Notes: generated by a model from the letters alone, not told the origin. A stretch of DNA of 64,000 bases from Sphagnum compactum (GCA_965153455.1 OZ234494.1:2790001-2854000); one strand, 5' to 3'. Shown: positions 11,981 to 26,200, numbered from the stretch's first letter. Made by a program: numbers and translations.

Positions 11981-13336
11981 TCAAGGAGACATCCCTGCAG
12001 CACTCACCTGCTTCTCCTCCATAAATGAACACAGAGCCTCTTTTAATGCTGTGATTGATGAACTCCTGCCGGTTTCCTCAGTAGCTGCTGTCATCACCTG
12101 TTTGTTGTTACTACTGCTTCTAGCTGCTATATGGATTTTACATTTGATGTGGCCACTTGGAGTGGCAATCTCAGCTTTCAGTAAATGGAAATCTAGCTGA
12201 TTGAAGATTCTGATAAGATCCTGGAAGAGGTCTGCCCTATCATTACAGCCGAATGTCACTCTCAACACATGCCAACCCTCTCCATACAGAGGATCCATGT
12301 CGATCTGGAGCTCATTCACATCCATAGGCATGGAAGCACCATCTCCAACATAAGCTGCATGTTGCTTGAGTTCACTCAAATGGTCAATCACCTCTGCAAG
12401 CACAGACGCTTTGTCTGTCTGGAAACACAGGAGCAACAGAGTTCAATCGGCAAGAACCAAAATGTGTACAACATTATCCTCGGAGCAGCAGCAGTGCCTG
12501 GTTTTTTTTTGTCTTTTTTTTCCCTCTCACTTCCACTGCCATAAAACTGGAAAAGAAAGAATATATGTTGTGAAAGAGTGCATGTTCTTTCATACTACAG
12601 TTATCCAACATCAAACATGACAAGGAGCTGCTGACCTTTGTAGAGCTAGGAAGAAGGCTGCAAAGGGTAGAAAGATGGGAATTGATGCACTCTTGTCTGC
12701 ATCTCTCTGCCTCACTGTGGTTTCTGGATGCTGCCAATTCCTTGGCATCAAGCATCTTCTGGGCAGTCACCTTTGAGCTGTCAATCAACTCCTGCTGAGA
12801 GTTTCCAATCACCAGAGAACCAGAATCAGCTGCCCTACTACTACCTACAGGTGCAGTAGGTGGCAGGGCCAGGTACCTGGTCTGCTTTGAGTCCAAGCTG
12901 TGTCCAAGTCTGAAGGCATCACCAGATCCAGATCCAGTACCCAAATAAATTTGGTGGAGATGATCAGGATTGGGAAAGTGTCGGGGGGTGAGATGAGATT
13001 GTTTGCAAATTGTAAAAGGGGCTTACAACTGGGGACCAACTGTAGCTCTTGTCCATGGCTGCTCATGGAAGGATGCATTGGCATGCACTCTTAGGAAGAT
13101 GATGACTCTTTTGGCATCTGTTGACATTGTGTTGGTTGACTGATCACGGGCTCCACATCTGCCCTGCTGACTGAGGATCCTGTTGGCAGCATTGCCCATA
13201 AGCAAGTTCCAGGAGCTGCAGTTGGAAACAAGAACTCATCATGATGTGCAGCTGCAAAGTTTGCATACCATCTTGTCGAGAAACAGCCTTTATCCAGGGA
13301 CCACTGATCACTTACACTTAAGAAAGGATCAGCCAT
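11981..13336 (-). pseudogene. bHLH subfamily Vb (TMO5 / bHLH30-32-like, bHLH plus ACT-like domain), probably a pseudogene. Exons 13336-12636 and 12418-11981
   Basis: KVTAQKMLDAKELAASRNHSEAERCRQECINSHLSTLCSLLPSSTK|TDKASVLAEVIDHLSELK matches the bHLH30/32 pattern KMTAQE..DAKALAASKSHSEAERRRRERIN. GT-AG intron 12635-12419. In-frame TAA at 13091-13093 and a frameshift near the C-run at ~12985. Confidence 0.8.
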
Positions 13337-14419
13337 GGAGTTTTTGGTACAGGAATTCTATCTCCTCTCGCAGAACCTAATCCTCCTTCATGGTCTCTCC
13401 TCCCTCCATTTTGCAGGCTCACTCCCAAACTGTTTCTTTCTGCCTTCCTTGCTTTTGAAAGTGTTTGTAGTAGTGTCCAAACACTGGACAATTGAACCCA
13501 TTTCCAAGCAAGCAAGGATGCCTGTGAATCTTGTCTCCCCCCACCCTCAAAACTCCTGGAATTGGGGTGGTCCACTTTGTTAAGATGCAAGCAAGCAAAC
13601 TCTCAACACCACGACAACCACCTTTTGCCCATCAGAGATATCATCAGCTTCAGAAACCTTCCAAGCTAATTTTCCAAGTTGAGTTTCTGCAACCCAAATT
13701 CTTGCCACAACCAACCTTTTGGCTGCTAAGCTCCTCTCACAAAGATGCAACCTTGGCTTTTGTGCCCATAGATCCAGGTTAATGAACTATCCACTACCAA
13801 CCAAGGATTTTGCCACCATAGAGGGTTGAGGTGGTCTCTTTTTCTCTTGGGTTTGTCAGACTCTTGGCTTTTGGCACTTACTACTCTTCCATAGACATGC
13901 ATGCTTTTGCAGTGTCCTCATTCTCCATCAAGATCCTCATCTGGAAAATACACCACCCAAAATCGTCATCATCATCATCATCAACAACAACACACAAGAA
14001 CCAACTTGAAGCCAAAAGAGAAGAAGAAGAAGAAGAAAAAAACACCAAGGAACAAAAAGCATAATAATAAAAAGAACCAACTTTGAATCCAATTCAAAGA
14101 GCAAAACACCACACTCTCCAAACAAATAATAACAATAACAACAACAACAAATTCCAAATTTGTGAGACCAACTAGGTCATCAAGCGTGACAGAAGAAAGA
14201 AAACACCAAGAACACAAAATATGCAAAAAACTGAAAGAGAAACGCCCAAACAAAACTGACCCTCGAAAACAAACAACAATTCACCAAGAAGAAGAAGAAG
14301 AAAAATCGGGGGAACACAAGAATGATAGAAATTTGTAACAACCACCTAGAATGAACACAAACAAACAAACAAACTCAAACATACTTATTGAATGAATGAC
14401 CATCAAAAGAAAAAACTTG

Positions 14420-14432
14420 TATATATATATAA
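14420..14432 (-). promoter_or_regulatory. Candidate TATA box of the bHLH gene, followed by a ~1 kb CT/GT-rich leader
   Basis: TTATATATATATA on the minus strand, upstream of a pyrimidine-rich leader typical of plant 5' UTRs. Confidence 0.4.
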
Positions 14433-14559
14433 GTAAGGATGGGAACCCATCCACAAGATGGACAAGGCAAATAAAAGCTCGAGAGCACAAGTCACGAAAA
14501 AACACAACAATCAAGACACCACTAATACACTAATAAAATGGAAGATGATAAACTAAAAA

Positions 14560-17500
14560 GGCATCCTCTATCACAAATTGGTCAATGATGGAGGTGCAAT
14601 AGTTGAGATGCGTGGAAGAGATTAGGATTGCCTTCCAAGCATGGTAGCATGTTGAAAAATTGGAATGGCATGTGCATGCTAAACGATTATGGACACATTT
14701 TCAATAATAAAAAAATAAGCATTGTGGGAATTAAAAAGGATCTTTGATGATAGGCTATAGTGGCCTAAACACAAGTAGTAAAAAATGAATCGAAACAAGA
14801 ATGAAGACAACCATAAGTCTCTATAGCGAGGGGAGTGAAGTTGTATTTTGGTGTGCGCTCCGTATATGATATTGTCTTTTCATAAGTAATAACTATTATT
14901 GCATGCATTGTTGTGGATGATGCACACTATACCATATTCAAATGAGTATGATAAGCTATGACAACATCCATTAATGTCCAAAAGTAGTCTCTCGTGATAA
15001 GAATATTGATTCGACGTCAAATGTGATAGGGGAAAAGGTGGGAAACCTCTATTTGGTATATGTGTTCCAATCTTCAAAGCAATAGTTGTGACAATATCTT
15101 GAAAAGTATTGTGGGTGCAATGTGTTCACTCCCGCACAGGCACCTCAAATATAAGTGGATGCCCAAATCATCAATGGTATGTCCACATTGACAATGTAAA
15201 AAATGTGCAACTATAGGATATAGCGAGCCAAAGCAAGTACATAACGTTATAAGGAAGTGAATCGAGGATAAATGAAATGCAGGTGTGATAGGACAAGTTA
15301 AATAACCAAGCATTCATAATTAAACTTGCACAAGATTGGAAATGTGCTTGCGTGACATTTGAAGGAACATTTATTAAAAGTGTGGCAAAATTCTAATTGT
15401 GCAAGTGGTCCATAGAAATATCATGTAAATGAAGATATGATTATACCGTGCAACATTTTCAAAAGGGGGGACATGAGAACAAACATTCTAAGGTAGTAAA
15501 GCTTGGGTATCTTGTAATCTTACATGGAAGAGAAAAATGTCAATTTTCAAATGTGCCATTGCATCAAGAAGAATAGGGTGATCATCCCATTGGAAACAAA
15601 TGACAAGTGCAAGAATGATCAAAGCCCAACATCCTAAAAAGGTGGGGGCAACAAGTTGAACCATTAAGGGAAGACCAAACCCCTTGCATTAAGTAGGTAA
15701 AGTGATTTGATGATGAGCCAAATGACCCATTGTAGTGCCTAAAGATCATCTATCGAATAATTTATTTAGTCTAGTCATGGTACACAATTCAAACTTGGCA
15801 TAATGTTACAAGATACCTAAAAAAAAAAAAACGATGTGTAGCAAATAGCCTAGGCGTATAACATAACAAAAGCTGTTTGTGGATCTATAAGCATGGGGAG
15901 GTTAGTTATGGTGTTGAAATCTTCTTGAAATGCCTTTGCAACAAAAGATTCCACAAATGACATAGAACCCAATAGTACACTTAAAATACATAAATTTGTG
16001 TCGAGTGCAAGAAAGCCTAGAAGAAGTGATATGGACAGGTTTAATCCTTGTGGAAACCAAACGTCACACTTCATCAGCTAAATGGAAATCTTAATGTTGC
16101 AAACTCTGCTTATGATTGTAAAAAAGCAGGTACCACTTCTAAGATAAAACCAACAATGTGCATATCATCAACAAATAAGGGAAAAACACAAGTAGAGTGG
16201 GTTGCCATAGTAGGGCAAAAAGCATGAAGATGTGTTCAAGTGAATAATGCTCGGCCCAAAGGATCTCCCTATCATGTATTAAATTTAGATGAAATGACTA
16301 CATTGTAACAAAAGGTGTCCTTGTATGCCAAATGATTTCATTAGGTTTTGAATGAATTCATTGGTCATAGTGAATGGGACCTAGTGGGGATGTAATGAAA
16401 TTAGTTTAATGAACAGGGACTAATGAATTGTACCCACATCTTGTTGTAGTGCTATGAAATCCCCATGTCAAGAAGCTTGTGAAAAATATGATGGGAATGG
16501 TCTCACATAAAATCGTTGGACAAATAGGAAAATTTGATCTAAAGTACTGATGGAAGACCACAACTCCTGAAAAATGGTCTTATTTGATACATAATTGAAA
16601 GCATTATAGACATGCACATGTAATAACACCCAATCTAGATGTAAATCCAACATAGCACAAACTCCATGGACCACCATTTCACACCCGCCCCATGTCATCA
16701 CACCAAATTGATAAGGAGTAAAATGTTCCACAAATGTATCCTTCAATTAAATGGCAAGTGTGTGGGCAACTGGGTAGATGCAAAGTTAAGTGGCCCATTT
16801 TTGGTAAATAAAAAGTCCTTAAAAGTCCATTTTTTGGTGTTGAATTAACATAAATGGGGGACTATGGGTTGGTTAATGAGGTAATTAAATTCATATGCAA
16901 ATATACCCACTTAAGCATTTTTTTTACATAAATTTTACAAGGAAAAAATCATCAATCTAACAAAAAAAAACCGTTATAGAGACTTTTGAAAATAAGGGCC
17001 AAATTTTGGTCATTCAAAAGTCCATAATATTTTGGTTAAAGCTTTTTTAATGAGGTTTTCAAATCTAAGTTTATTTTTCTTTCATCTATCAAATATTAAG
17101 TCCTTATGAGATATATTTTCAAAAAATGATATTGAAAATTTCATGTGTATGGGAAGTACAAATGGTTAGGATAGTCCATATGTTTTCACTTCAAAAGTTC
17201 ATTACTACATAATGGGTGCACATTTATTTTGCACAAATTATATAGATAATTTTTTATTGAAGTTGAAAATCTTAAACCAAGTCCCAATTGTGCATATAAA
17301 TGGTTTCATGGCATGTTAATTCATTACACCCTACTGAAATTGCAATGGGACACAAAAAGTGAGCCACTATAGCTTGCATTCACATAACTAGCCAATAGAT
17401 CACCTTAATTTCCAATCAATATGGGTCAAATGCCATTAGTTTGTTTTTCTAAAGTTAGTATTCATGATATCACAATCAAATGCAATATGGATGGGGGAAC

Positions 17501-18560
17501 ATGACCATGAGCAATGTGCCCACATACCTCCGAAAAGAAATCAAAGCCATTCATAGAAACTTTGTGACAAAATAACTTTGTAAAAGGGTCATACATTGTA
17601 CCTGAAAGATCACTGGATGAAAGACATGATGAATATGCCAAAGTAAAAGTAAAGGCCTCTTGGTCTAAAGTACCCTCCATCTCGAGATGGAAATCAATGA
17701 TAAAAGGGGGCAAGTTGACCAATGGGTGAAAAAGGTGAAGGGCAACTATGGTTTCATCGAATGGGATTATTGAACTGCTCAAAGCCAATGCATGCATTGT
17801 TTAAGCATACTCTCTTACATATGCATGTGCTTGCGCACCACATAGTCGTGTCAATGGAGGTGGAGAAAGATTTGAAACCATTTTCAAAAATCTTTGAGAA
17901 GCTAGAGCCTAGGTTCTAATCATGTGCTCCTGCTATAATGTTTCCCAATCACCTACTATATATTGACAAAGGCGTGCACAAGTCTCTTGGTGGCTTTTCT
18001 GGTCACTTCGTGGAGGAAAAAACAAACACGAATAAGCAAAAATTAAAAATGCATATTAAGTTGCAATGTTGAATGGGTCGATGATCATACAAGTTAGACA
18101 AGGCAAGGCACACTAGACATTGACATGAAGAACATATCGAATATGGTGGTATGAAAACGGGTGTGGTAAACCTAGATCAAAGGCATTGATGATATCCATG
18201 GATGTAATCCATGTCCAAATATAAGAAGGGCGGGGGAACTCAATAATGCCAAAGGCATTGCAATCCTTATAGCTGATGATTATCTATGAACAAAACATGC
18301 TAACTGGTGACGAACTAATCTTGCCTTTACTACATAAAGATGACCACATGCAGGACATTGAACATAGGGATGTAAAGGGGGAGGGGGCCACCATGGACAT
18401 TAATGGGTGAGAAGTAACTCGTGGCTGATGTAGCAAATGAGGGGTAAAGTTTAACACACCATGTGAGGGTGAAAAGACTAGCTGAGACAAAGTAAAAGGG
18501 ATGGGAATGATAGGATGACGAGGTAAAATTATATCATAGTAGTCCATGGTTGCCATTTTG
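14560..18560 (-). mobile_element. CRE-clade (RT plus restriction-like endonuclease) non-LTR retrotransposon relic with secondary insertions (~16310-16465, ~16775-17385)
   Basis: RT motifs PYQFGVMTWGGCEMVVHG...VYNAFN (16468-16746), GDPLGRALF (~16240-16270) and LFVDDMHIVG (~16150-16180). Zn motif CQCGHTIDDLGIHLYLRC (~15140-15200). RLE tail K..Y...FTPLAIETYG (~14810-14875) and VSIIV*HAHAI (~14670-14700). Confidence 0.8.
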
Positions 18561-20639
18561 ACATTAGCCTTCGGCTTTGATGCTCATTGTTGTTTTAAGG
18601 TTGGTGAAAATGTTGGGTCTACCATTTTTAATGATGTTGAAACCACTCCATTTAGCCAAAACCTTAAACCTTAAACCTTCATTTCATATAACCCCAACCA
18701 AAAACCATATACCTTAATCTTGATAGAAGAAATTAAACTGATAATTAAAACCAACCCAAAACCAAAACCAACCAACACTAGTAATTAAACTCTAACATGC
18801 CCAACCAAGTAATGTGTTGGTTCTAACTTACCCAACTAAGTAATTAAACAATATTGTTAAAACTCCAATCCCACAATAACAAATTTGATTGAAAATCTAC
18901 TAATTTTAAGTACTAAACTTTAAACCTCAAAACTTTAAACCTAAGGTAATTAACCACATTACCAAGCTTTCTTCTTCTTATGTTCCCTTGTGGTAGCTAT
19001 GGTTTGTTTTGGTTTGTCGGTGGGCCTCATAGCCAAGGTTCAAAGCCCTTAATTATTTTTTCTTAGTGACATCCTCTAAACCCATGCTATTGGTTCTTTC
19101 CTCATCTTTGTTTTGCAATTGTAATTCCCATATGATTGTTAATGTCATCAGATGACATAGTTAGTGCATGGCTTGATGGAGCTCCAATAGTTTAGACATT
19201 ATTTTGCCATGAAAGGAGACCCACCCCCTTGGCTTTGAAAGAATTAACTACCTACAATTCTAGTTATCTACAAGCTATCAACATGACAATCCTACTCCAA
19301 GACAAAGACGTGCGTAAAGTTGCCACACCAACATCATCATGAATTTCTTTACCTATGATGTAAGAAAAACATTTAGAAGGTTGGTTGGACTTCTACCACA
19401 TTTTGTTAGTACCAATACTGATATTACCACAACTATTACAGCTATTCTTGACTCATGTGCAAGTGAACAATTCTACCATGCGTTCTAGTAGTAAGGAGGA
19501 GGGTTTAGCTATTAACAAAACTCCAACATATCAGTTGACCACCATTTGTTTAATTTCATGCTTTCAAGTTCATGAAACAAACAAGTTAAAAAAAAGTGGG
19601 ATATTGAAATATTTTACCTGTATCAAAAGCAAGATAAAGATAGATAGAAGTTTTAGAACCCAATTGAATTCAAAAAAAAAAAATGTAGGCTAGTGGGAAA
19701 CAAGCCCAAAAGAGGAAATCAAAAATAATAATTATTAGTTCATTGTCTTACTACTCTTATGTGTTCAACTAACAACAATTAAAATAGGAAATGTTCCATG
19801 AAGTTCCCTAAAAAGCAAAATTACAATTCATACTAACATCGAATGAACATTTTTCAAAATTTGAAATAAAATGAAAATTAATCCTTCCATAGTTTCTCCC
19901 CCTTACTTATAGGCGCGCAGAACCAATAAATTAAAAAAATGAAAAATTATGTAGCAACTCAAACAAAGCCAATATACAATCCACCCACATATACATTAAA
20001 GGAAACAAAAAGCCCACCAATTCCATATATCTTTCCTCATCAATTGGGGGAATTCAATAACATTTTCAATTTTTTTTTGTGGTAATTCCTCTATTTTCCT
20101 TGACAAATTGTTAAAACATTATATTATATAGCCATGTATTGGAGTTGTTACCATGGGCATTTTTTTTTGTTGTTGATTATCTTTTTCTTTTTACATGGTT
20201 TTGATGTTTTTTTTATTTGTTCATGGTTTTTTTCTTTTTGTTGTTCAAAATCATGTTTCTTTGTACCTCAAGTTTTGATGCATTTTCTTTTATGATTTGT
20301 TTTGGCCTTGTTAATCTAACAATCACTCCTAGAAAAAGCCATGGACAAAGGAAAGATTTGTTTTCATAATTATATAGATTGACTATTGAAGGAATCTTGA
20401 TCCCATTGGAAACCACAAAAGGAGAACTAAGTTTTCTCAATCAATCATTTCAAAAGACACACAAGTACCTAATAAATCGATTTATGATGAAACCTTATCA
20501 AACTTCATAACACAAAACAATTGTCAAAAGGGGAAATGAAGGAACAAAGAGAAAGGACCCAAGTTCGAGCTAGAATAACAAAACTCAAAGTGGGTCACTA
20601 AGGGCAAATGAACAAATCATATTTCAAAGCCCCCACAAG

Positions 20640-20790
20640 TTGCAAGAAGCATATAAAAAAGAAAGAGAGCTGAGAAACTTGAAAAAAACAATGAGCCTAA
20701 AAGAACCTTCATTTGCAATGACAACATGCTTCAAAATAGAGATGACATGAGCTCTTTGCAAAGCTATCAACACCCTTTGCGTACAAAAAA
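20640..20790 (-). mobile_element. Second CRE-like 3'-end fragment
   Basis: Minus-strand QRVLIALQRAHVISILKHVVIANEGSFRL resembles the QRxSxALQRxxA terminus of RLE-type elements and the tail at ~14680. Confidence 0.55.
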
Positions 20791-21176
20791 TACATAAACC
20801 TTGAACCTATGTTTGTTATTTAATTAAAGTACTTCCATAATCCCTTCAAGTGACATGACACTCCCAAGTTGCTCAAGTAAATATTTACCATATATTAAAT
20901 AATCCATTATAATCATCCTCAACTGATGGAAGTTGACATTTAATACAAATTGTAGAAAGCACTAGTAGGTAGTTGATCGAGTTTTAAATGTAAGGTGAAG
21001 GTCTAGGGTGGCCACATTTTAGAATTCAAATAACAAGGAGCCTAGGACAAAGGGGGTAGTCCAATCCCATCTTGCATTTTAGAAATGTCACATTCACACC
21101 CCTAGGCTCTACCTAAACATATCAACCTTATCATAAACCCAAACATAAAAAAAGAAGGAAGGTTCTATGTTTTGAC

Positions 21177-21522
21177 TAGTGTTGTGCCATTATTTGAATT
21201 TTTAAAGAACCATCCATTTTAGCTTTTGAAATTATTTTAAAATCAAAGAACCATTGGTTCCAGTTATTTGAAAGATATTTAGAATCAAAAAATTGTCAAT
21301 CCCAATTATTTCAAAAACCTCAAAGAATCAACAATTTCATGAAATGCTTGGCAATGAACTAAAGGTTTTAATGTTCAGTTATTTGATTTTTCAAAACAAT
21401 TTGAGAACCATGGTTACTAAAATTACATCTTTGATTTGTTTGAGAATTGTGATTATGAATCCTAAAAGCCATTTTGATAACGATTGGGGTTTGAACCTCT
21501 TTCTAATAACTGCCCAACATTG
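21177..21522. mobile_element. Small non-autonomous hAT/MITE element
   Basis: Ends TAGTGTTGTGC ... GCCCAACATTG (degenerate CAGTGTTG TIR). Flanks GTTTTGAC / ATTCTTAC (5/8 match) both fit nTnnnnAn. Confidence 0.5.
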
Positions 21523-23296
21523 ATTCTTACACCTACTCCATGACAATGAAAGGGATCTCACATTTACATGTAGGTTTAATTTTCCTCCCTTTCATGAAAA
21601 GTAGGGTTGAACCTTTTGATTTCTAGTAGGGAAATTCATGGACATATAGGCGCCCTCCAAATACACTAAGAAATTTTTCCAAGTGCTTTATGTGTAAGGT
21701 AAAGCATAGGATGAATCATCACAATAAGAGCCTTTCTAAGGTGCGACTTGGGGAGGTCTTGCATTCTAGTAATTCCTTCATTCAAGGGCTTTAATTGACA
21801 TAAAAGAAGTGGGTTAAATTTTTTATTACACCAAGCAAACAAGGCAATGATGTCACAACACATGGTTATGAGCAATGGGTTGAGCAAGAATGGGAGTGAT
21901 TAATTACATCATGAAGAAAACCAAACGATTATCCCCAAAAAAATTTAAAATTAAGTTGCCAAAAAACTACATGAAAAAATTTGGTGGTCAATTGCATCAT
22001 GAGGAAAATCACAAGATTATACCCACAAAAGAACACTAACTTGTCAAAAAGTTACATGCAAAATTGGGTTGTTGAAATTTCTTTTTATTGGTCTTTCAAA
22101 AACCTATGTACATACTATCACCTCAATAGAAGCTCAAAGAGTAAGACTTTGATGAGTTGAAAAATTTGGACAGTAGTTAGATCAAAGCTTATAACTAAAT
22201 TATTAACTATTTGCAAATGAATGAACAAAGTTGAAAAAACATGCTTTGAGAAAATAAATAAATTCTTGTTTGTATACAATCAAGATTATAATATTAGTCT
22301 ATTATAAAGGATGTTGAAAGGAACTTTATGTAAATCTTTAGCAAAGAGGCTTGTGTGTACCTATGAAGAAAAACTTGTTGGTGGGCCAATGAAATTACTG
22401 GATTTGGCAGTCTAATTTTATTTTTCTTAATTATCTTCAGTGAATGAAAAGTGTAATAAGTTTTGGTAGTAGGTTTGTAAGAATTTTAAAGGATCGATGA
22501 AAAAATGGGAGAAGGGGATCATTATTTCAATGTTGCACAATAGGGTTATGTGTAAACCTAAATTGTTTTAGGCCAATAGGATTGTTAGATTTGGTAGTTA
22601 GATTTGGTGGTCTTTTAGCCCCTTCTGAAATTGCATGAAATTGTCCATTAAGGATTCACTTTTTGGTGAGTGGGAGTGGGGGAAGGGAATTGTGAATTTT
22701 TTTCTTTTTAATCATCTTGAGTGAATTTACAATTCAATAAAATTATTCATAAAGTATCCAAGACAAAAGATGGAATTGTTCATTAAGGGTTCAAAATAGA
22801 TTGAAATGATTAGATGAACATTAAATTGTTTAATTAATTTGCATTGGATGCCATAATCAAAATCAAACTATTTTTTTTCACCTTGACAAATGCTGAAAGG
22901 ATTTTGAGATAGGTAGCCAAAGGATGGTTATCAAGATAGTTGCAAAGGGGGTGACAAAATGGTGAGGGTAAAAAATAATGGCTACACTAGGTATGATTCA
23001 AAAATTAACTTTAATGAATGATAATTGTGTACAAGGTTCTTGCATATTACTTGTGCACTTTGTTTTACCAAACAAATATTAGTATACATGGTTGTATGCA
23101 ACCTACTTTTATGGAATGGGGCCAACTATTAAAAATGGCTATTCGATGAGCTTATAAAAGCATACATGTTCTCACCACAATAGCATAAATATGCTTATAT
23201 GAATCTCCATATTATTTTTACAAAACATCCCATTCATGTAACTTTTTAAAATGACCAACCATTTTGCACTTTGCTTTGATATTTCAACATCCCAAC

Positions 23297-26200
23297 CAGT
23301 GTTTTTATTTTAGCGATTTGTCACCAAAATGCAACTGCTAAAAAGGTGCTACAATATGGCCTTTGTTTATTTTGAGTTTATTTTAAATAAAATCACCTAA
23401 AAGCCCCCTTCTTGCCACCTGTTGTCGCCATGTGTACTTCCATGATCATCTTTCATCACCTGCAGAAAGCGAGCCACTACTTTCTACCATCGCCATTAGC
23501 ACATAAAGTTTTAGGGCACATCGATTTTATAGCCACATCTCCATTGTTGGGTAAGCTAATCATGTTGCCCCATAAATCTCTGATTGCCAATTCACCATTG
23601 AATAAATTTCAACTCGCCAACCTTGCTGTTCAATAAACTTTCATTCGCCATACACTTGCCTTGAAATAGGATTTAGATCGTTAATCCCCATCATTGAATA
23701 AAATTGAAATTGCCAAATCCAATTCCCATCGTTGGATGGGACTGTTCACCAGCTACATTACTCTTGGTTAAAAACCCCCATGTATTCAAGGCTCTTTGTT
23801 CTTTGCCGGTAGGGGTTTAGTGCACATATCTTTTTTGAACCATGTTTTGTGTGTAGATTTTTTTCTCTTGCCAATGGCATTGGTTTAAGGCCAAGATAGT
23901 TATTGTTGTGTTCATAATGGTGTAGCTTGAGCATAATGGGAGGGTGCAATAGGCAAGAGTGACACCAATCTACTTGATATTATGTTTTTGCTACAAGCTG
24001 GAGGTGTGTGCAGAATGATTACAAGTTGCAATGCAAGTGCTTAAATCAAAATGCACAACATATGATCAAGCTCTCTTCCTTCCTTTCATCCTTGTCATTT
24101 TGTCTTGTTCTTTGTGGTTTTGTGTTACATTTATAATCTACATTCATTCTAGGGTTTCCTGAAGCCATGGCTCCCCTCCAAGTGCCAAAGAATTTAAAGT
24201 TTAAGTTATTTTTTAGCGGTGAACTAGATGTGACCTTAGATTCATTGCCCCATGTTGCATCTAATGTACAAGTGGCTTCTAGTAGTACTATAAGCCCTAG
24301 TTCAAGTAGTAATCCTAAAAGTAGGAAAAATGGAAAAGAACCTGTTGAGTTTGTTGAGCCTCTTGAAAAGAAATTGTGAAGGTCTTATGAGAAGACTTGT
24401 GTGTTTCAAGATACGTGGGCCTGTCATTTTCCATGGGCTGAAGTAGTTGTTGGGGAAGATGGTTTGGTTGGACATGTCTAGTGTAAAAGTTGTGGCAATA
24501 TTGAAAGAAAGCAAAAGTTGTTAGCTCCCAAGCTCGACACACTTCAGAAACATGTCAGGCATTGTAAGGCAACAATACCTAGTTTTGGCATAGTTGTCGG
24601 GGACTACTTCTACTGCAAGGATGTTGCACATGCTAAGAATTAAAGGACTTATTCTTTGTGGAACTCAAAGTCTATCATGACCTTAATGCAATTAGGGATT
24701 CATTTGGGTGCTCAAAAGTAGTTCATATAGTTTGTTATAGTCTTGCATATTCTCCTACATGGGAGGCCAATGTTGGAATATGAGTCATTGAGGGTGTTAT
24801 TTTTGTTCCTGAAGGTAAAAAACACCCCATTAAAACATTAGTCAGATAGTAGTGGCTAGTAAATTGCAGAGGCCATGCATGATGTGGTTTTCTCCAAGAT
24901 GTTATCTATGATTTCAAAAGTTAATTTTGTTGCTATCAGTGCAAATGAGGTGACCACTATTGATGACAATAATGGATTAATATCCATGGGTATGTGATGT
25001 AAAATGTTCATGTTTTATTGACCCTTGAGAAGGTTGAGATGGGTGCAACTTCAGACAATATTAAGGGTGTGATTTTGGATGCGATGGGCAAATACTTTTG
25101 ACGTGGCTTCCAAGTGGATCTATCTTGGATGTCACGGTGATTAAGTCTTTCAAGGCATTCGGTTTGGGGTGATTATTCAAATAAAAGAGCATATTGCCCC
25201 ATTTCTCATTGGTGTGCACTGTGTGGCACATTGAACCAATTTGGCTATCTTGGTTTTCAGCAAGTTATCTTTGGTTATGCACATTGAAGGTATGTTACAG
25301 TCGTTGTATGCCTTTTTTCACATAGTCCAAAAAAGGTGCTAGAATTTGTGAACCTTGCAAAGACACTAGAAACAAAAAGCTTGAAGTTGTTGCAGCATAT
25401 AAAAACTTCTTGGATATCAATGTTGAGCCTTTTGAAATGTGTGTTAGGATAGTATAAATCATTTGTTGTGAAGATGCACATAGATGCACCAAAGAGTAAG
25501 CCTGCTTGGGAGAATCTAGATCTATTGTGTGATTTGGAGTTGGTTTTGATTTGTCATGCATCCTTCCAATGTTGGAAGTGGTGCACACACTGATTAAATA
25601 TGTTCAAAGGCGAGATGTTTTTATTTGTAAGTTCATTGATGCCGTGAAATCAGCAGAGGCCGAGCTACACCAAATTTATGTTGATCCTTTTTGTAAATAT
25701 GGCAATATATCTTGCTTTCAACAAGTTCACTGCTATTTGTGAACATCGTAATGAGTTGTTGCCCTTCACCTAGGTCACATGAGTTTGATGTTGATTTGTA
25801 CTTGTTACCATACTTGGCATTCAACATTATTGGCCACAACTACGAACTCCATCACTGTGGAGGTTCTAATGGTGCTTGTGTTCATGTGAATATGAATTAC
25901 CAATCTGCCATGATTGAATCAATGAAGGCTGCATGTTCAGAAGGTGCCACAACATTGTGTGTTGAGTTGTCTTGTAGATTCCTTGATGCGGAAATCACAT
26001 CAGTTCTTGCAATTGTGTACTCATAGTAATGGTTGTGTGAAAAAGATGTTACAAGGAACTTCCTCCCACATTTGGATAAGATCAAGGTTGCATTCTATGT
26101 TGGCAAGAAGATCAAAGGTGGTGTTGTAGTTGTTGGGCTTTTGGATTCACGATAGCTTGATGTGCAAGTTTCTTATTTTAGATTCACCATGAGTCATAAT

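Noticed and set aside
12660-12705. RNA editing restoring the bHLH arginines
   Set aside because: It would need U-to-C and A-to-G edits in a nuclear mRNA. Plant editing of this kind is organellar, and the stop plus frameshift favour decay.
19200-19560. Possible exons of an AT-rich gene (e.g. GKEIHDDVVWQLYARLC)
   Set aside because: No phase-consistent multi-exon ORF could be assembled; neighbouring frames are full of stops.
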